A stretch of DNA of 64,000 nucleotides. Origin: a virus. The first letter of the stretch is position 1; each line of letters starts with the position of its first letter. Location of the stretch: positions 1-64,000 of IMG/VR virus record IMGVR_UViG_3300045988_126140. One strand, written 5' to 3'. Positions 47,744-58,237 of this stretch are shown here, one piece after another. Made by a program: the position numbers and the translations under genes. The notes beneath the pieces are model-generated. The model saw only the letters and a list, made by a program, of their open reading frames with translations, did not search any database and was not told the origin of the DNA.

Positions 47744-50023
47744 CTAATTAATATTTGAAATTTGTGAATCTGTTAAAACTGAATCATATACTTTGATATA
47801 CTCATAATCAGAATAACTATTTGTAGCATTGTATAAATATCTTAATGATGAAGCTCTTGTTGTATAAGTTCCCTCGTATTTAGTATCACCTACATTTAAA
47901 GTTAATTGTTTCTTAGTAGAGTTACATCTCATAACTAAAATTATTTCTCCTGTAGCAACTTTACCTGTTACATTATCACCATTAATTATAGCTTGGTAAA
48001 CTGTGCTTGAAGGCATTATATTACAAGCCATATTATCAGTCCAATTTCCTGTTCCTGCTCCTAAAGTCACAATGTTATCACCAGAAGCTACTACGCTTGC
48101 ATTTGTAGGATTAACTAATATTTTAGCCACCACTGTATAACTATTTAAATTTAACGAACTAACATTGCATAAGAAATATTTATCTCCATTAAATCTAACT
48201 CTACCATTAACCTTTTGCACAGTTCCATTAATTGTAGCTGATTTATCTCCTACTAAATCCACCCATTTATTTGCTCCACTCGTAAAATTAGATGCATTTA
48301 ATTCAAATACAGGATTAGGAACGATTGTAGTAGTTGTCAATGTAGCACTTGCTGTTATTATTACATTACCAGTAACTTTAGATATGTTAATTGTATTATT
48401 TGCCACTGAAGTAGAAGTTATATTTGTTCCACCCATTGTAACTGTTATAGAATTAATAGTATATCCACTATAAGCTGTTAATTTTGCACTATATGATTTG
48501 TTTTCTTCTATACTTGTTATATTATTATTTGTAATTACATTAGTTAAGTTATTTGAAATAACATATTTATTAGTACTTGGAGTAGTACTTCCTCCACTAG
48601 AAATTCCTTCTATTTTTATTAATATATCATTTACCCTAGCATCTGAAGGAAATTCTGAACCTGTATAAATTCTGATTCCATTTATTTCAATACAACCTAA
48701 TGCTAATCTACTATTATTGATTTCTCCATTTTTCTTCATTTCAAATTGAGAATTGTCAACGTTATAATCTATTTTTCCTTCAACTGAAACATTTATATCT
48801 CCGTTAACATCTAATCTGTCTGTTACATTTTTTACCGAATTAATTTCATTTATATCAGCTTTATTAACATAAGCTTTATCAAATCTATATTCTTCTGAAC
48901 CTAAATTAGAACTTATTCCTCTTTCGTAAGGTATTAAGCCTTCTTTAGTTGTACGAATAGCTCTAGTTTCATTGCCATCTTCAGTAATCATACCTTTATA
49001 ACCGTCTATCTCTTTAACTAATAAACCTTTTGTTTCATTTATTTTTTCAATGTAATTATTATGTGTATGATTTATATCGGCATATTTTTTATCGCAATTA
49101 TTTTTAAAATCTGCTAGAGTAGTTTTAACACTATCTTGTAAATCTTTTATATCTTTTTCGCTAGCAAATCCATCAAAATCAATATTGTTATTGTCCATAA
49201 TTATTTCAACTAACCATGTACCTATATAACTTAATCTACATTTATAATAACCTCTAGCAAGTCTATAAACATAATCTTTTTCTACACTTCTAAATGTTGC
49301 ATAAATTACTTCTAATGTATTTATATATAGTATAAATTCATTATGAAAGTCTATACTAGGAAGTTTTATAACTAAATCATTGTCTGTAGTTACACTTTGA
49401 TATTTATCTAAAGATAAACTTATTTCTCCATTTACAGGAAGTTTATTTACAACTAAATTGTCTAATGAATAATATAAAGCATCCTCTATTTTATTCATTT
49501 TTTGTGCTGTTATAGTGTCTTTATCATGCCATGTGGTTTTATTATATCTTTTATTTACATCAAATATTTCTATAGAATCTCCTATAGTTATATGAGAATT
49601 TCCTATACCACCTTGATTTACTCCACTTGAAGTATCTTCCGAATAATCAATTATAGGATTTACATGAAATTGATTATAAATTATAGGCAAATGGATTTCA
49701 CTATTGTCCTTACCGAATAATTTTATTTGAAAATTATAATCTCCTATTTCTACAACTTCATCAACTATATCTTCTGTAACTTTTAAAATTATTTCGTTAA
49801 TATCCACTGCTGTTTTAGGAAGAACTACTTTAGTTTTATTAGGTTTTTCTAATGTTATTTGAGAATAACTAGCACCTTCTATACCTTCACCATTGGAAAA
49901 TTTATAAGGAAAACCATCCACAGTAAAATAAAGCACTATATCTTTATCTTTTTTGCTTAAAAATATATCTCTATCTAATGTCGCTTTACCACTTTTTATT
50001 TTTATATTAAATTTACCGTACAT
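47744..50023 (-). CDS. receptor-binding/tail fibre protein with a BppU-like N-terminus and a LamG/concanavalin-like C-terminus
   Basis: The N-terminus MYGKFNIKIKSGKATLDRDIFLSKKDKDIVLYF parallels the 54328 gene. C-terminal NKWVDLVGD..NGRVRFNGDKYF is a LamG-like pattern. Confidence 0.6.
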   Translation of the reverse strand: MYGKFNIKIKSGKATLDRDIFLSKKDKDIVLYFTVDGFPYKFSNGEGIEGASYSQITLEKPNKTKVVLPKTAVDINEIILKVTEDIVDEVVEIGDYNFQIKLFGKDNSEIHLPIIYNQFHVNPIIDYSEDTSSGVNQGGIGNSHITIGDSIEIFDVNKRYNKTTWHDKDTITAQKMNKIEDALYYSLDNLVVNKLPVNGEISLSLDKYQSVTTDNDLVIKLPSIDFHNEFILYINTLEVIYATFRSVEKDYVYRLARGYYKCRLSYIGTWLVEIIMDNNNIDFDGFASEKDIKDLQDSVKTTLADFKNNCDKKYADINHTHNNYIEKINETKGLLVKEIDGYKGMITEDGNETRAIRTTKEGLIPYERGISSNLGSEEYRFDKAYVNKADINEINSVKNVTDRLDVNGDINVSVEGKIDYNVDNSQFEMKKNGEINNSRLALGCIEINGIRIYTGSEFPSDARVNDILIKIEGISSGGSTTPSTNKYVISNNLTNVITNNNITSIEENKSYSAKLTAYSGYTINSITVTMGGTNITSTSVANNTINISKVTGNVIITASATLTTTTIVPNPVFELNASNFTSGANKWVDLVGDKSATINGTVQKVNGRVRFNGDKYFLCNVSSLNLNSYTVVAKILVNPTNASVVASGDNIVTLGAGTGNWTDNMACNIMPSSTVYQAIINGDNVTGKVATGEIILVMRCNSTKKQLTLNVGDTKYEGTYTTRASSLRYLYNATNSYSDYEYIKVYDSVLTDSQISNIN

Positions 50024-50034
50024 AAAATCACCTC

Positions 50035-50424
50035 CTATTTACCAAAACAAGTTAAAAATACCGTAAAGCTACCTTCTAATTTTATCTTTGAATCCAAATG
50101 TCTTAATCCTATTTTTACTTTATCTTTTCCAGACGGAATAGCTACAACATTTAGATTGCTATAAATATATTTTGTAGATTCACAACTACAAGCTACTGTG
50201 AGAATCACATTAGGAAATGATTTTTTTAATGTGATTTCCTGTGTTATATTTTCCGAACTACCATCAGCAGTTAATGAAATAGTCATACATTCTACTATCA
50301 TTCCATTTATGTTGTTATAAATGTAATCGTCACCTAATGTAACTGAATTTGAATTATCTCCAATTGTAGTTGTTCCTAATGATTGCCATGCACCATCAAT
50401 TTTTCCTAATATTGATAAATTCAT
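50035..50424 (-). CDS. hypothetical structural protein (129 aa)
   Basis: Tightly packed within the tail operon, with a GGAGGTGG SD. Confidence 0.65.
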   Translation of the reverse strand: MNLSILGKIDGAWQSLGTTTIGDNSNSVTLGDDYIYNNINGMIVECMTISLTADGSSENITQEITLKKSFPNVILTVACSCESTKYIYSNLNVVAIPSGKDKVKIGLRHLDSKIKLEGSFTVFLTCFGK

Positions 50425-50435
50425 TAAACCACCTC

Positions 50436-52205
50436 CTAAAATCCATTTTTGTGATTAGCTCTTACATATGTTGGATAATCGAAATAGCAAGTATCGTAAT
50501 CTAAATCTCCATTGTATCCTGGAAGTCTTTTAGTAGCTGACATTTGCCATAACTTAACCTCGGTTCTAGTCCAAGTACAAGCTGAACTCCATTGAGCCAC
50601 CCATATGTGGTCAGTATATTTTATATTATTCCAATTCACATAACTTGTTGCCCATGAGTTATTAGTGTAAATTCCTGCCATATATCCTGCATCATTTATT
50701 ATTTGACAAAAAGTGTTCATACAATTTGTTAATACGGTTTTACCAGGATTCCCTAATTTATTAACTAAATCATTTTCTTGGTCGAAGAATACTGGGAATT
50801 CAAATGTTTGAGAATATTTATTTAATTGTTGAACCACCCAATTTGCTTCTATTTTAACTTTTTCAACTGTATTTGCATATGAGAAGAAATAAACACCTAC
50901 AGGGATTTTATTTTCAACACACAATTTTAAATATTCTTCAAATTTTGGGTCTATTATAGGTTGTCCACCTTTTCTGCTACCATAACCAATTCTTAATATC
51001 ACAAAATTTATACTACCATTTTCTTTTAAAGTTTTTAAATCTATTGTACCTTGCCATCTTGATATATCTATTCCATAACAAGGTACTGTAAATCCCGTAT
51101 TGCCACCTACTTCTCCTGTTCCTCCTGCATCAACTGTTATAGTAGATATAGCTACATATGAGGGATTAGCATTTATATATCCTATACTATTATTGTAACT
51201 TACTTTAACCCATGAAGTATTTGTATAGGTTTCAAGTATTGGCAATGTATATCCATTAGGTATAGCACCTAATACTGGATATTTTACACCCATACCACTT
51301 CTAACGTTTAAAGCATTACAAATTACTTTTGCAACTTTAGTAGTAGAAGATAATAATAATCCCACATACGCTTTACCTGTATTTTCTCCTATTGCAGTAG
51401 CAGTAGATTGGTCTTTACAGTTTATAGCGAATACGGGAAGACTGTGTGAAGAACTTAATCCCAAAGCATCATTGCTTATTGTTCCTGTTATTTGGAATAC
51501 TTTACCGTCTATGTCCTTTCCAGTGTTTGCAAATTTAACATATTGTCCAACATATCTTTGGTCGGTAGTTAAACATACATTTTTATCTGGATATTTATCA
51601 CTTGTAAATTCGGAATCTATATAATAACCCATTATAGTTGAGTCTAAAGTTAAGTTAGATACCCATACAGTTTTATCTTCAGCAGGTGGTTTTACAGGTG
51701 TTGGATTACTTGGGACATCTTTCCCGTCGTCGTCATCATCTTTAGGTTCTTCATAAATTCTTATCCATAATTTATATTTTGGGTCATTAGGAATATCTTT
51801 ACCAATATATATTTCTTCTTCCGTAAAATGTTCAAACATATATTTAAATATATCATTAAGAGAATCAAATTTAGTTCCTTCAATTAAACCTTCTTTATAA
51901 CTGCATAATTCTTTTCTCATAGTTTCAATTAATTCATCTTTGGTCATATCATTGTTGTCTAATAAAGCTCCTATACCTTTTACTTCATATGCAACTTTAA
52001 TTTCTGTATCTAACTCTTCAAAAGAAGAAACTATCAAACATTCTCTTTCTTCGTCATATTCTGGTTCTACTCCGTTTATTTTTTTAAACCCATATCTTTT
52101 CATTAGGTCTTCGTTAGTATTAAAATTAGTAATTAAAATCCCTTCTGAAGTTTTATAATTCATAGGAGCATATACTAATTCTCCGTTTATAATTTTTCCG
52201 TACAT
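50436..52205 (-). CDS. 589-aa tail-module protein with an SH3b domain and a C-terminal GH25 muramidase
   Basis: GIDISRWQGTIDL, FVILRIGYG, VGVYFFSYA, FFDQEND and WVAQWS are GH25 landmarks. ALNVRSGMGVKYPVLG..SWVKVSY is an SH3b pattern. Confidence 0.8.
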   Translation of the reverse strand: MYGKIINGELVYAPMNYKTSEGILITNFNTNEDLMKRYGFKKINGVEPEYDEERECLIVSSFEELDTEIKVAYEVKGIGALLDNNDMTKDELIETMRKELCSYKEGLIEGTKFDSLNDIFKYMFEHFTEEEIYIGKDIPNDPKYKLWIRIYEEPKDDDDDGKDVPSNPTPVKPPAEDKTVWVSNLTLDSTIMGYYIDSEFTSDKYPDKNVCLTTDQRYVGQYVKFANTGKDIDGKVFQITGTISNDALGLSSSHSLPVFAINCKDQSTATAIGENTGKAYVGLLLSSTTKVAKVICNALNVRSGMGVKYPVLGAIPNGYTLPILETYTNTSWVKVSYNNSIGYINANPSYVAISTITVDAGGTGEVGGNTGFTVPCYGIDISRWQGTIDLKTLKENGSINFVILRIGYGSRKGGQPIIDPKFEEYLKLCVENKIPVGVYFFSYANTVEKVKIEANWVVQQLNKYSQTFEFPVFFDQENDLVNKLGNPGKTVLTNCMNTFCQIINDAGYMAGIYTNNSWATSYVNWNNIKYTDHIWVAQWSSACTWTRTEVKLWQMSATKRLPGYNGDLDYDTCYFDYPTYVRANHKNGF

Positions 52206-52220
52206 ATAATACCTCCTTTA

Positions 52221-54314
52221 TTATAAATTAGTTTCATACTCTATATATTTTGCAGGTGAACTTCCCTTATAATTTTTTAAAACCATTGCTGTTGCATAAT
52301 TAGTTAAATTCCACCCTGGATTAAACACATACATATATTTAGCCTTTTCGTTATTTATAGTCACATCATTTGTTGTGGAAATATATTTGTCTAAAACTGT
52401 CCCCTTATCGTCTGTTATAGATATACGTGGTGTCCAAGAAATAACATGGCTATTCCCATCAAGTCTAAACAAACCATATCTTTTACCATTCTCGACAGGA
52501 ATTTTAAATGCGTAGTTTTCGGCACTGTCTGTAATAGACCCGTCTGCACCTATTACAGAATTAACATAATTATTAGTATTTAAAATGTTAATTAAAATGA
52601 TGTCTGATACACTAACAAATTCGTAATCGACTAAGTAATTTTCAAACTTATATTTTTTTGAAGAAAAGTCCATTAAATCTTCGGCATTATACCCTTCTAA
52701 TTTTATGTTTCTAAATGTATTTCCTTTTGAATTGTCACCTAGTACCATTAATTTCCTAGAGTTTGCTATAGTATGTGTACCAGCTTTTATTCTTACGTTT
52801 TCAAAAGTACACCCTTGTATATCAATATAACCATTAGAATTAGTATTATCAGCCTTTAAATACTTAGATAACCCTAGATTTAAGAATCCATATCCAGTTG
52901 CACCCGAATTAGTAATGAATATATCTCTAAAAACGCTGTCTTTCATATCATTTATTTCAAATCCTTTTGCTTGAGGTGCAACAGAAGAATTAACAACTTT
53001 ATTGCCATTAAATGTGACATTTTGTAACTTTATTTCTTCGTTGTTACTGTGCAAGTTAGACATTGCCAACCAAATAGTGCAATCGTTCACTACAGCATTT
53101 ATAATATTTATATTCTTACAGCTTCCTATGCTTATACCTCTACTACATTCATTTACATTTAGACTATAAACATACACGTTTTCGCATTTATTTTCAAAAT
53201 GTATTCCATCAAATCCACAATTTTTAGAATTGATATTGTAACAAGCCATATTTTTACAATTAGAGAAGCCTAGAGCCATACCCGATGCCCCTCCAATATG
53301 TCTAGCATTTTCAATATCAGCATTGCTTATTCTAATATCGCTAAATCCAAAATCGGGGCAATTAATTTCTATTCCGTCTCCGTCATATGTGGTATCATCA
53401 GTAGGTACAGTATTTTTATAACTATAATTATTTATAAACAAACCACTCCCAATAGTAGCATCAGAATAATCTATGCCGTCTACTGTTCTAAAGGTAGCAC
53501 CTTGTTCAGTACAACTATCATTAAATAGTATTCCATATCTAAGATTGCCATTTATTTTTAAATTATTGATTCTTGTATTTTTTGCACGAGTTTTGCAAAA
53601 TACACCACTATATTTAGTAGATAGTTCCATTTCTACATTATCAATAACTGCATCTGTTGTGTTTAATAATTCAATAACTCCATTGTTAAGACCATTAGAT
53701 TCACATTTGTTGATTATTTTAAGATTATGTAAAATAGAATTTTCATTTTTTAAAAGAATTTTAGCTCCACCAGTTACTTCTATAATACCATTAGCTAAAA
53801 TTCTTGAATCTATTACTATATTTTCAGAATTAGAATAAGTTATTTTTTTATTTCTCAAGTCTATTATTTGTTTTTTGTTTGAATTTAATATAGCGCTATT
53901 TAAATCATTATTATACACTTTTATACTTATCATATTATCTTCAAGAAATGCATTTACTTCATTTATAGCTCCTACAATTTCTTTACTTGTGGTTTGCAAT
54001 GTTTTATCATTTTTCTTTTGATAATTTGTTAATTCTACAGTTCCTCCACCAATTCCAGAATTAACATCTTCTCTTAACTGATTTATTGCACCTACAATAG
54101 ATTTGTTATCACCTGTAAGATTATCGTCTTCTTTCATTTGGATTTGACTCATTTTATTATTTATTTTTTCAGCAATATCTTTACATTGTGAATTTACCCC
54201 ATCTAAATTTTCTCTTAATGTTTTACCATCTTCACATAATATATTATCATCAGTAGACCAAAATGAAACGACATTTCCATTCTCATCAGCATATTTATTC
54301 TTCATATACTTCAT
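52221..54314 (-). CDS. tail spike / receptor-binding protein, probable right-handed beta-helix (pectate-lyase-like)
   Basis: Periodic N/G/I-rich repeats (..NCKNMACYNINSKNCGFDGIHFENKCENVYVYSLNVNECSRGISIGSCKNINIINAVVNDC..). The N-terminal fibre-like ENGNVVSFWSTDDNIL. Confidence 0.5.
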   Translation of the reverse strand: MKYMKNKYADENGNVVSFWSTDDNILCEDGKTLRENLDGVNSQCKDIAEKINNKMSQIQMKEDDNLTGDNKSIVGAINQLREDVNSGIGGGTVELTNYQKKNDKTLQTTSKEIVGAINEVNAFLEDNMISIKVYNNDLNSAILNSNKKQIIDLRNKKITYSNSENIVIDSRILANGIIEVTGGAKILLKNENSILHNLKIINKCESNGLNNGVIELLNTTDAVIDNVEMELSTKYSGVFCKTRAKNTRINNLKINGNLRYGILFNDSCTEQGATFRTVDGIDYSDATIGSGLFINNYSYKNTVPTDDTTYDGDGIEINCPDFGFSDIRISNADIENARHIGGASGMALGFSNCKNMACYNINSKNCGFDGIHFENKCENVYVYSLNVNECSRGISIGSCKNINIINAVVNDCTIWLAMSNLHSNNEEIKLQNVTFNGNKVVNSSVAPQAKGFEINDMKDSVFRDIFITNSGATGYGFLNLGLSKYLKADNTNSNGYIDIQGCTFENVRIKAGTHTIANSRKLMVLGDNSKGNTFRNIKLEGYNAEDLMDFSSKKYKFENYLVDYEFVSVSDIILINILNTNNYVNSVIGADGSITDSAENYAFKIPVENGKRYGLFRLDGNSHVISWTPRISITDDKGTVLDKYISTTNDVTINNEKAKYMYVFNPGWNLTNYATAMVLKNYKGSSPAKYIEYETNL

Positions 54315-54327
54315 TACCTCATACCCC

Positions 54328-55569
54328 CTAATTTATATAGCCCTCTTCAGAAGAAATTACATTAAAAGGAATTTTTGTGATAGTTCCCGTTGTTCCTCCC
54401 GATGTGTCACCTTTAATCACAGGCACATTTTCATCATGTATTAAAGTGTCTCCATACCAAATTTCATTTAAATAATTTAATTTTATTTGACATAATACAT
54501 CTTTTTTTAATATTGGTTGCGTTCTCCATGCTATGCTTGGAAATATTAGAATTAAATTATCCATTGTTGGTCTAATAAATAAATTTAATTCCACAAATTC
54601 ATCCATTTCTGGTAAAACAATGGTTGATAATGTTTCTGTTTTTAAATATTGATATTTGTCACCTGTTAAATTTAATTTATCTTCATCATCGGCAATAACT
54701 ACATTTAAATAATCTACTATTTGTTCTTTTTTATTTTTTATTTTATTAAATTTATATAGTTTGAAATAATCTTCATTAAAACAACATAAACCATATGTAT
54801 AAGTATCTGCATTACTTGTTATGTATGCATAATTTCTATTACCATCTAAATATATTATTTCAGTACTAGAATTAAAATCTTTTGCCCAACCTTTTAATAT
54901 ATAAGAACCTTTACTTAATTCTGATATTATTATAGGTGTATCTTCTGTGCCTTTTTTAATTGTATAGCCTTTACTTTCTTCTAATTCTATTAATTTTGTT
55001 TTATGTTGTAATATTTCATCTCTAATTTCGCTAGTTGCTTGTTCTAATTTATTTAATTTAGAATCGGTAATTACATCTCCAGATATCCAAACAGTTCTAT
55101 TATAAGACCCGTCATCATTGAAAGTTTTTAATTCTTTTCCATATTTAGCAACCTTTGTGTTATCTATTGCTGTTCCGTCAACTGTTCCATAAGATAAATC
55201 GTCATCGTCCACTTCGCATTCTTCAACTGACATTATAAAATAAGGTAATTTTATTCTTCCACCTTTATCATCATAAATTCTAATATGAACATGATAATTT
55301 CCTATTTCATCAATTTGATTCATTATTTCATTATTGATTGTAAATAATATTTTATTATCTATAATAGGTACTATATCTGATTTTATTTGTTTTTTTAGAG
55401 GACTAACTAATACTATATCAGATAACAAATAATTAGAACTTAAATCTAAATAATCAGTATCCATCAATTTGAAATATATATCTATGCCTTTATCGTGTTG
55501 AAATATTGATAGCTGACGATTTAAAATACTCTTTTGTTTATTAATAATTATTGAATATTCTTTTTTCAA
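54328..55569 (-). CDS. BppU-like baseplate upper protein
   Basis: The N-terminus KKEYSIIINKQKSILNRQLSIFQHDKGIDIYFKL parallels the N-terminus of the 47744 gene (BppU_N-like). Confidence 0.55.
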   Translation of the reverse strand: MKKEYSIIINKQKSILNRQLSIFQHDKGIDIYFKLMDTDYLDLSSNYLLSDIVLVSPLKKQIKSDIVPIIDNKILFTINNEIMNQIDEIGNYHVHIRIYDDKGGRIKLPYFIMSVEECEVDDDDLSYGTVDGTAIDNTKVAKYGKELKTFNDDGSYNRTVWISGDVITDSKLNKLEQATSEIRDEILQHKTKLIELEESKGYTIKKGTEDTPIIISELSKGSYILKGWAKDFNSSTEIIYLDGNRNYAYITSNADTYTYGLCCFNEDYFKLYKFNKIKNKKEQIVDYLNVVIADDEDKLNLTGDKYQYLKTETLSTIVLPEMDEFVELNLFIRPTMDNLILIFPSIAWRTQPILKKDVLCQIKLNYLNEIWYGDTLIHDENVPVIKGDTSGGTTGTITKIPFNVISSEEGYIN

Positions 55570-55592
55570 AATTTTATACCTCCTTTTAATTA

Positions 55593-55838
55593 TTAAATAT
55601 CTATTTCTAAATTATATTTAATCCAATTTATAAAATTTGATACATCCTCAATACCATATCCTTGTTCTAATGAATTTTCAGATAAAAATTCTTCCCTAAT
55701 TAATCTACTTAGAAATAATCTAAATTCATCCTCTGATAAATTTAATAAATATTTTTTAATATCTTCTTTTAAATGATTTATTCCACTATCTGTTGCTCCA
55801 GTATCATAAGCAAATTTTTCTAATATTTTATCTTTCAT
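55593..55838 (-). CDS. hypothetical protein (81 aa)
   Basis: AAGGAGAT SD. In-operon position. Confidence 0.65.
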   Translation of the reverse strand: MKDKILEKFAYDTGATDSGINHLKEDIKKYLLNLSEDEFRLFLSRLIREEFLSENSLEQGYGIEDVSNFINWIKYNLEIDI

Positions 55839-55853
55839 AATATAATCTCCTTT

Positions 55854-57380
55854 CTAAACATTTGTATTATTTTCAAGAGCATCTAATCTTGATTCTATGT
55901 TAGATAATCTCGAATTTATATTTCCTATTTTAGAATTTAAATCATTAACTTGATTTTGAACTTCTAAGATTTTATCATTTAATCTTTTTTCAATTTGTTG
56001 TAAATTAACTTCACTTGTTGCTGAATTAATTAAATTTATACAGTTTAACATTTGTGAATTTAATTTATTTCTAGCTTCCCTATATAATGCTAATCTTATA
56101 TTGAATTCTTTTCTCTCGTCTTTATTAAAAATTAAATCTTTCATATCTACTCGTATTGAATTAATGAAATTTGCATGTTTTGCTTTAAAATCATCAAAAT
56201 ATTCTTTTAATAATTGTTTATTATTATCGCCTAATTTTTCATTATTATAGTAAGATTGATAACTAGCTTCTATTTTAGAAACATAATTAACCATTCCATT
56301 TGCTAAAGCGTCCAACGAATTATATTGTGCTACCGTTAATTTCCCATCCACGTTTAACAATGAATTAGTTATAGGGAGCATATCATTTGAGTACTTTTGA
56401 TTTGCATCAAAATATCCTTGAATAGTTTGTTGTTCTTTAGCGAAAGAATTAATCAATGAAGCTTGTAATTCATACATATTGCTAGATAAATCATCTATTC
56501 TAGCATTTGTATTATAAACTTCATCTGATATAGTACTTGAAGCTCCTAATGTTTTTTCGCCTTCTGAACCTATAGACAATATTGTACTACATGAATCTTT
56601 AAAAGAAGATAATGTTATCAATATCGTAGTTATATTAGATGTTATGGAAGAAATATCTGCTAATGTTATATTTTCCCTATCATCCTCTGTGACGATTTTA
56701 ATTTCTACAATTAAATCAGCCAGCATTTTTTGCAGAGATAGTTGATATTCTAAAAAAGATGTTGTGTCTACGTCATTAGAATTTTCTGCCATCATATCAA
56801 TTAAAGCATCACTATATCCAAGCATTTCTTCAAATTTATTATTGATTGTATCTAATCTATAATTGACATCTGCTTTTTCTGCTGAATTAAATGTCTCATC
56901 GGAAAGTCTATCGGTTAATACAGTCTTTAAATCTATCATTAAAGAATTGGAATTTATTATTGCTGTATTTAATAATTCTTTAATTTGTTCAAATGATAAG
57001 TTTTCTTGATATTCTTTTGATAAACTTTCTATATTATCTTGAGTGATTTCAAGTTGTTTTTTATAAAATTTATTGTTTTCGTTCACATTCTGAAGTTTCT
57101 CTGCTATTGATTTCTTATTATATCCATCAAATAGCATTTCTAATAAATCTGTAGTGGTTGTAACCCCTATACCATCTATATTTTTAATTATAAATATCAA
57201 GTCTTCTTTGTCGTCTAATTTATTATTTGTGGGTATTAATTCTGATGATTTTATTTTCCAATAAATATATTTATTGTTAGTATATATATTATTTATATTA
57301 TATATTATATTGTCATACAATATTGTCATATCCTTTATGTAAATATATCCTTGATTAGGTGTATTATTAATTATTGCCAT
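55854..57380 (-). CDS. coiled-coil structural protein (baseplate/fibre-associated)
   Basis: Long heptad-rich, N/S/L-rich sequence. ATG 57380 lies 8 nt after GGAGG and is preferred over the GTG at 57389 inside the SD. Confidence 0.6.
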   Translation of the reverse strand: MAIINNTPNQGYIYIKDMTILYDNIIYNINNIYTNNKYIYWKIKSSELIPTNNKLDDKEDLIFIIKNIDGIGVTTTTDLLEMLFDGYNKKSIAEKLQNVNENNKFYKKQLEITQDNIESLSKEYQENLSFEQIKELLNTAIINSNSLMIDLKTVLTDRLSDETFNSAEKADVNYRLDTINNKFEEMLGYSDALIDMMAENSNDVDTTSFLEYQLSLQKMLADLIVEIKIVTEDDRENITLADISSITSNITTILITLSSFKDSCSTILSIGSEGEKTLGASSTISDEVYNTNARIDDLSSNMYELQASLINSFAKEQQTIQGYFDANQKYSNDMLPITNSLLNVDGKLTVAQYNSLDALANGMVNYVSKIEASYQSYYNNEKLGDNNKQLLKEYFDDFKAKHANFINSIRVDMKDLIFNKDERKEFNIRLALYREARNKLNSQMLNCINLINSATSEVNLQQIEKRLNDKILEVQNQVNDLNSKIGNINSRLSNIESRLDALENNTNV

Positions 57381-57434
57381 ACATTTCACCTCCTATAAAA
57401 ATAACACCTATAAAATATAGGTGTTTATACTAAA

Positions 57435-57449
57435 TTTATTAATTATTTT
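57435..57449 (-). repeat. 15-mer (exact, reverse complement TTTATTAATTATTTT on +)
   Basis: Immediately 3' of HNH copy 9 in gene orientation. Confidence 0.95.
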
Positions 57450-58225
57450 TAATCAGTAATTTCAACTATATAATTATACATACCATTATATAATTTTTCT
57501 GGTATCTGTTCTTTGTAATAGCCAGCTACTTCTTTGATATTCTTTTCTTTATAATACTTATAAATCTCAAATGCTTTTTCTTGAGTGTTATAAACACCTA
57601 AATGTTCCCTTTTTGATTTACCTGTTTTAGGATTAATCATATTACAACGTACTCGATATTTACCATTTTCACAAAGACTTGTTCCTATAACTGAACTACC
57701 TCTTGATTTGTCAGATTTGATAAATAATTTATTAATTGTTTGTGGTACAAATATACAAGTCTCTGGTGAATATATTTTATTGTGCTTAACAAGAATATCT
57801 TTATCAAGTTGCATCTGTTCATTACCAACATTATAATAATTATCATAATACCATTCAGCGAAATTCTGAAAACATAACCACTCATCACAAACTTCACAAT
57901 CTTTATAAGTCGGATACTTTTCGCGATGTTTTTCATTATAACATCTTTCTAACATATCTCTCCAAGTACAATAACATTTAGTCTTTTGACCGTTTTTGCT
58001 ACCCTTGCACCTACCCTCTCCGATATAACCCACCCCATAAACACTTCTTTCATAAGGACATTTAATCTTTCCTTTTTTAAAAGCACTATATTCTTTATTT
58101 TTAGCAGTCCAATTATATTCGGGAAAATAAACATCTATATTATCCCATCTTTTATAATCTACTATCACCATTTCACTTCCAAATGTATTATAATTTCTTT
58201 CTCCTATTCTATCCGTTTTATTCAT
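57449..58225 (-). CDS. HNH/AP2-type homing-endonuclease-like protein (copy 9), inserted in the late operon
   Basis: Family signature. Exact reverse-complement 15-mers flank both ends (57435-57449 and 58238-58252). Confidence 0.8.
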   Translation of the reverse strand: MNKTDRIGERNYNTFGSEMVIVDYKRWDNIDVYFPEYNWTAKNKEYSAFKKGKIKCPYERSVYGVGYIGEGRCKGSKNGQKTKCYCTWRDMLERCYNEKHREKYPTYKDCEVCDEWLCFQNFAEWYYDNYYNVGNEQMQLDKDILVKHNKIYSPETCIFVPQTINKLFIKSDKSRGSSVIGTSLCENGKYRVRCNMINPKTGKSKREHLGVYNTQEKAFEIYKYYKEKNIKEVAGYYKEQIPEKLYNGMYNYIVEITD

Positions 58226-58237
58226 AAATATCTCCCC

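Noticed and set aside
15782-57936. A +1-frame ORF stays open for 60-90 codons at the same place in five HNH paralogs (15782-15988, 23495-23743, 30277-30549, 33023-33277, 57685-57936) and gives similar peptides (MMKNI.KNI..IK..). It could be an overlapping gene.
   Set aside because: The peptide similarity is an automatic consequence of nucleotide homology. The main frame here is dominated by K/E/N/D/Y codons (AAA, GAA, AAT, GAT, TAT), which cannot create +1 stops. No SD precedes the ATGs, and four other paralogs have the frame closed. Only ribosome profiling could revive this idea.
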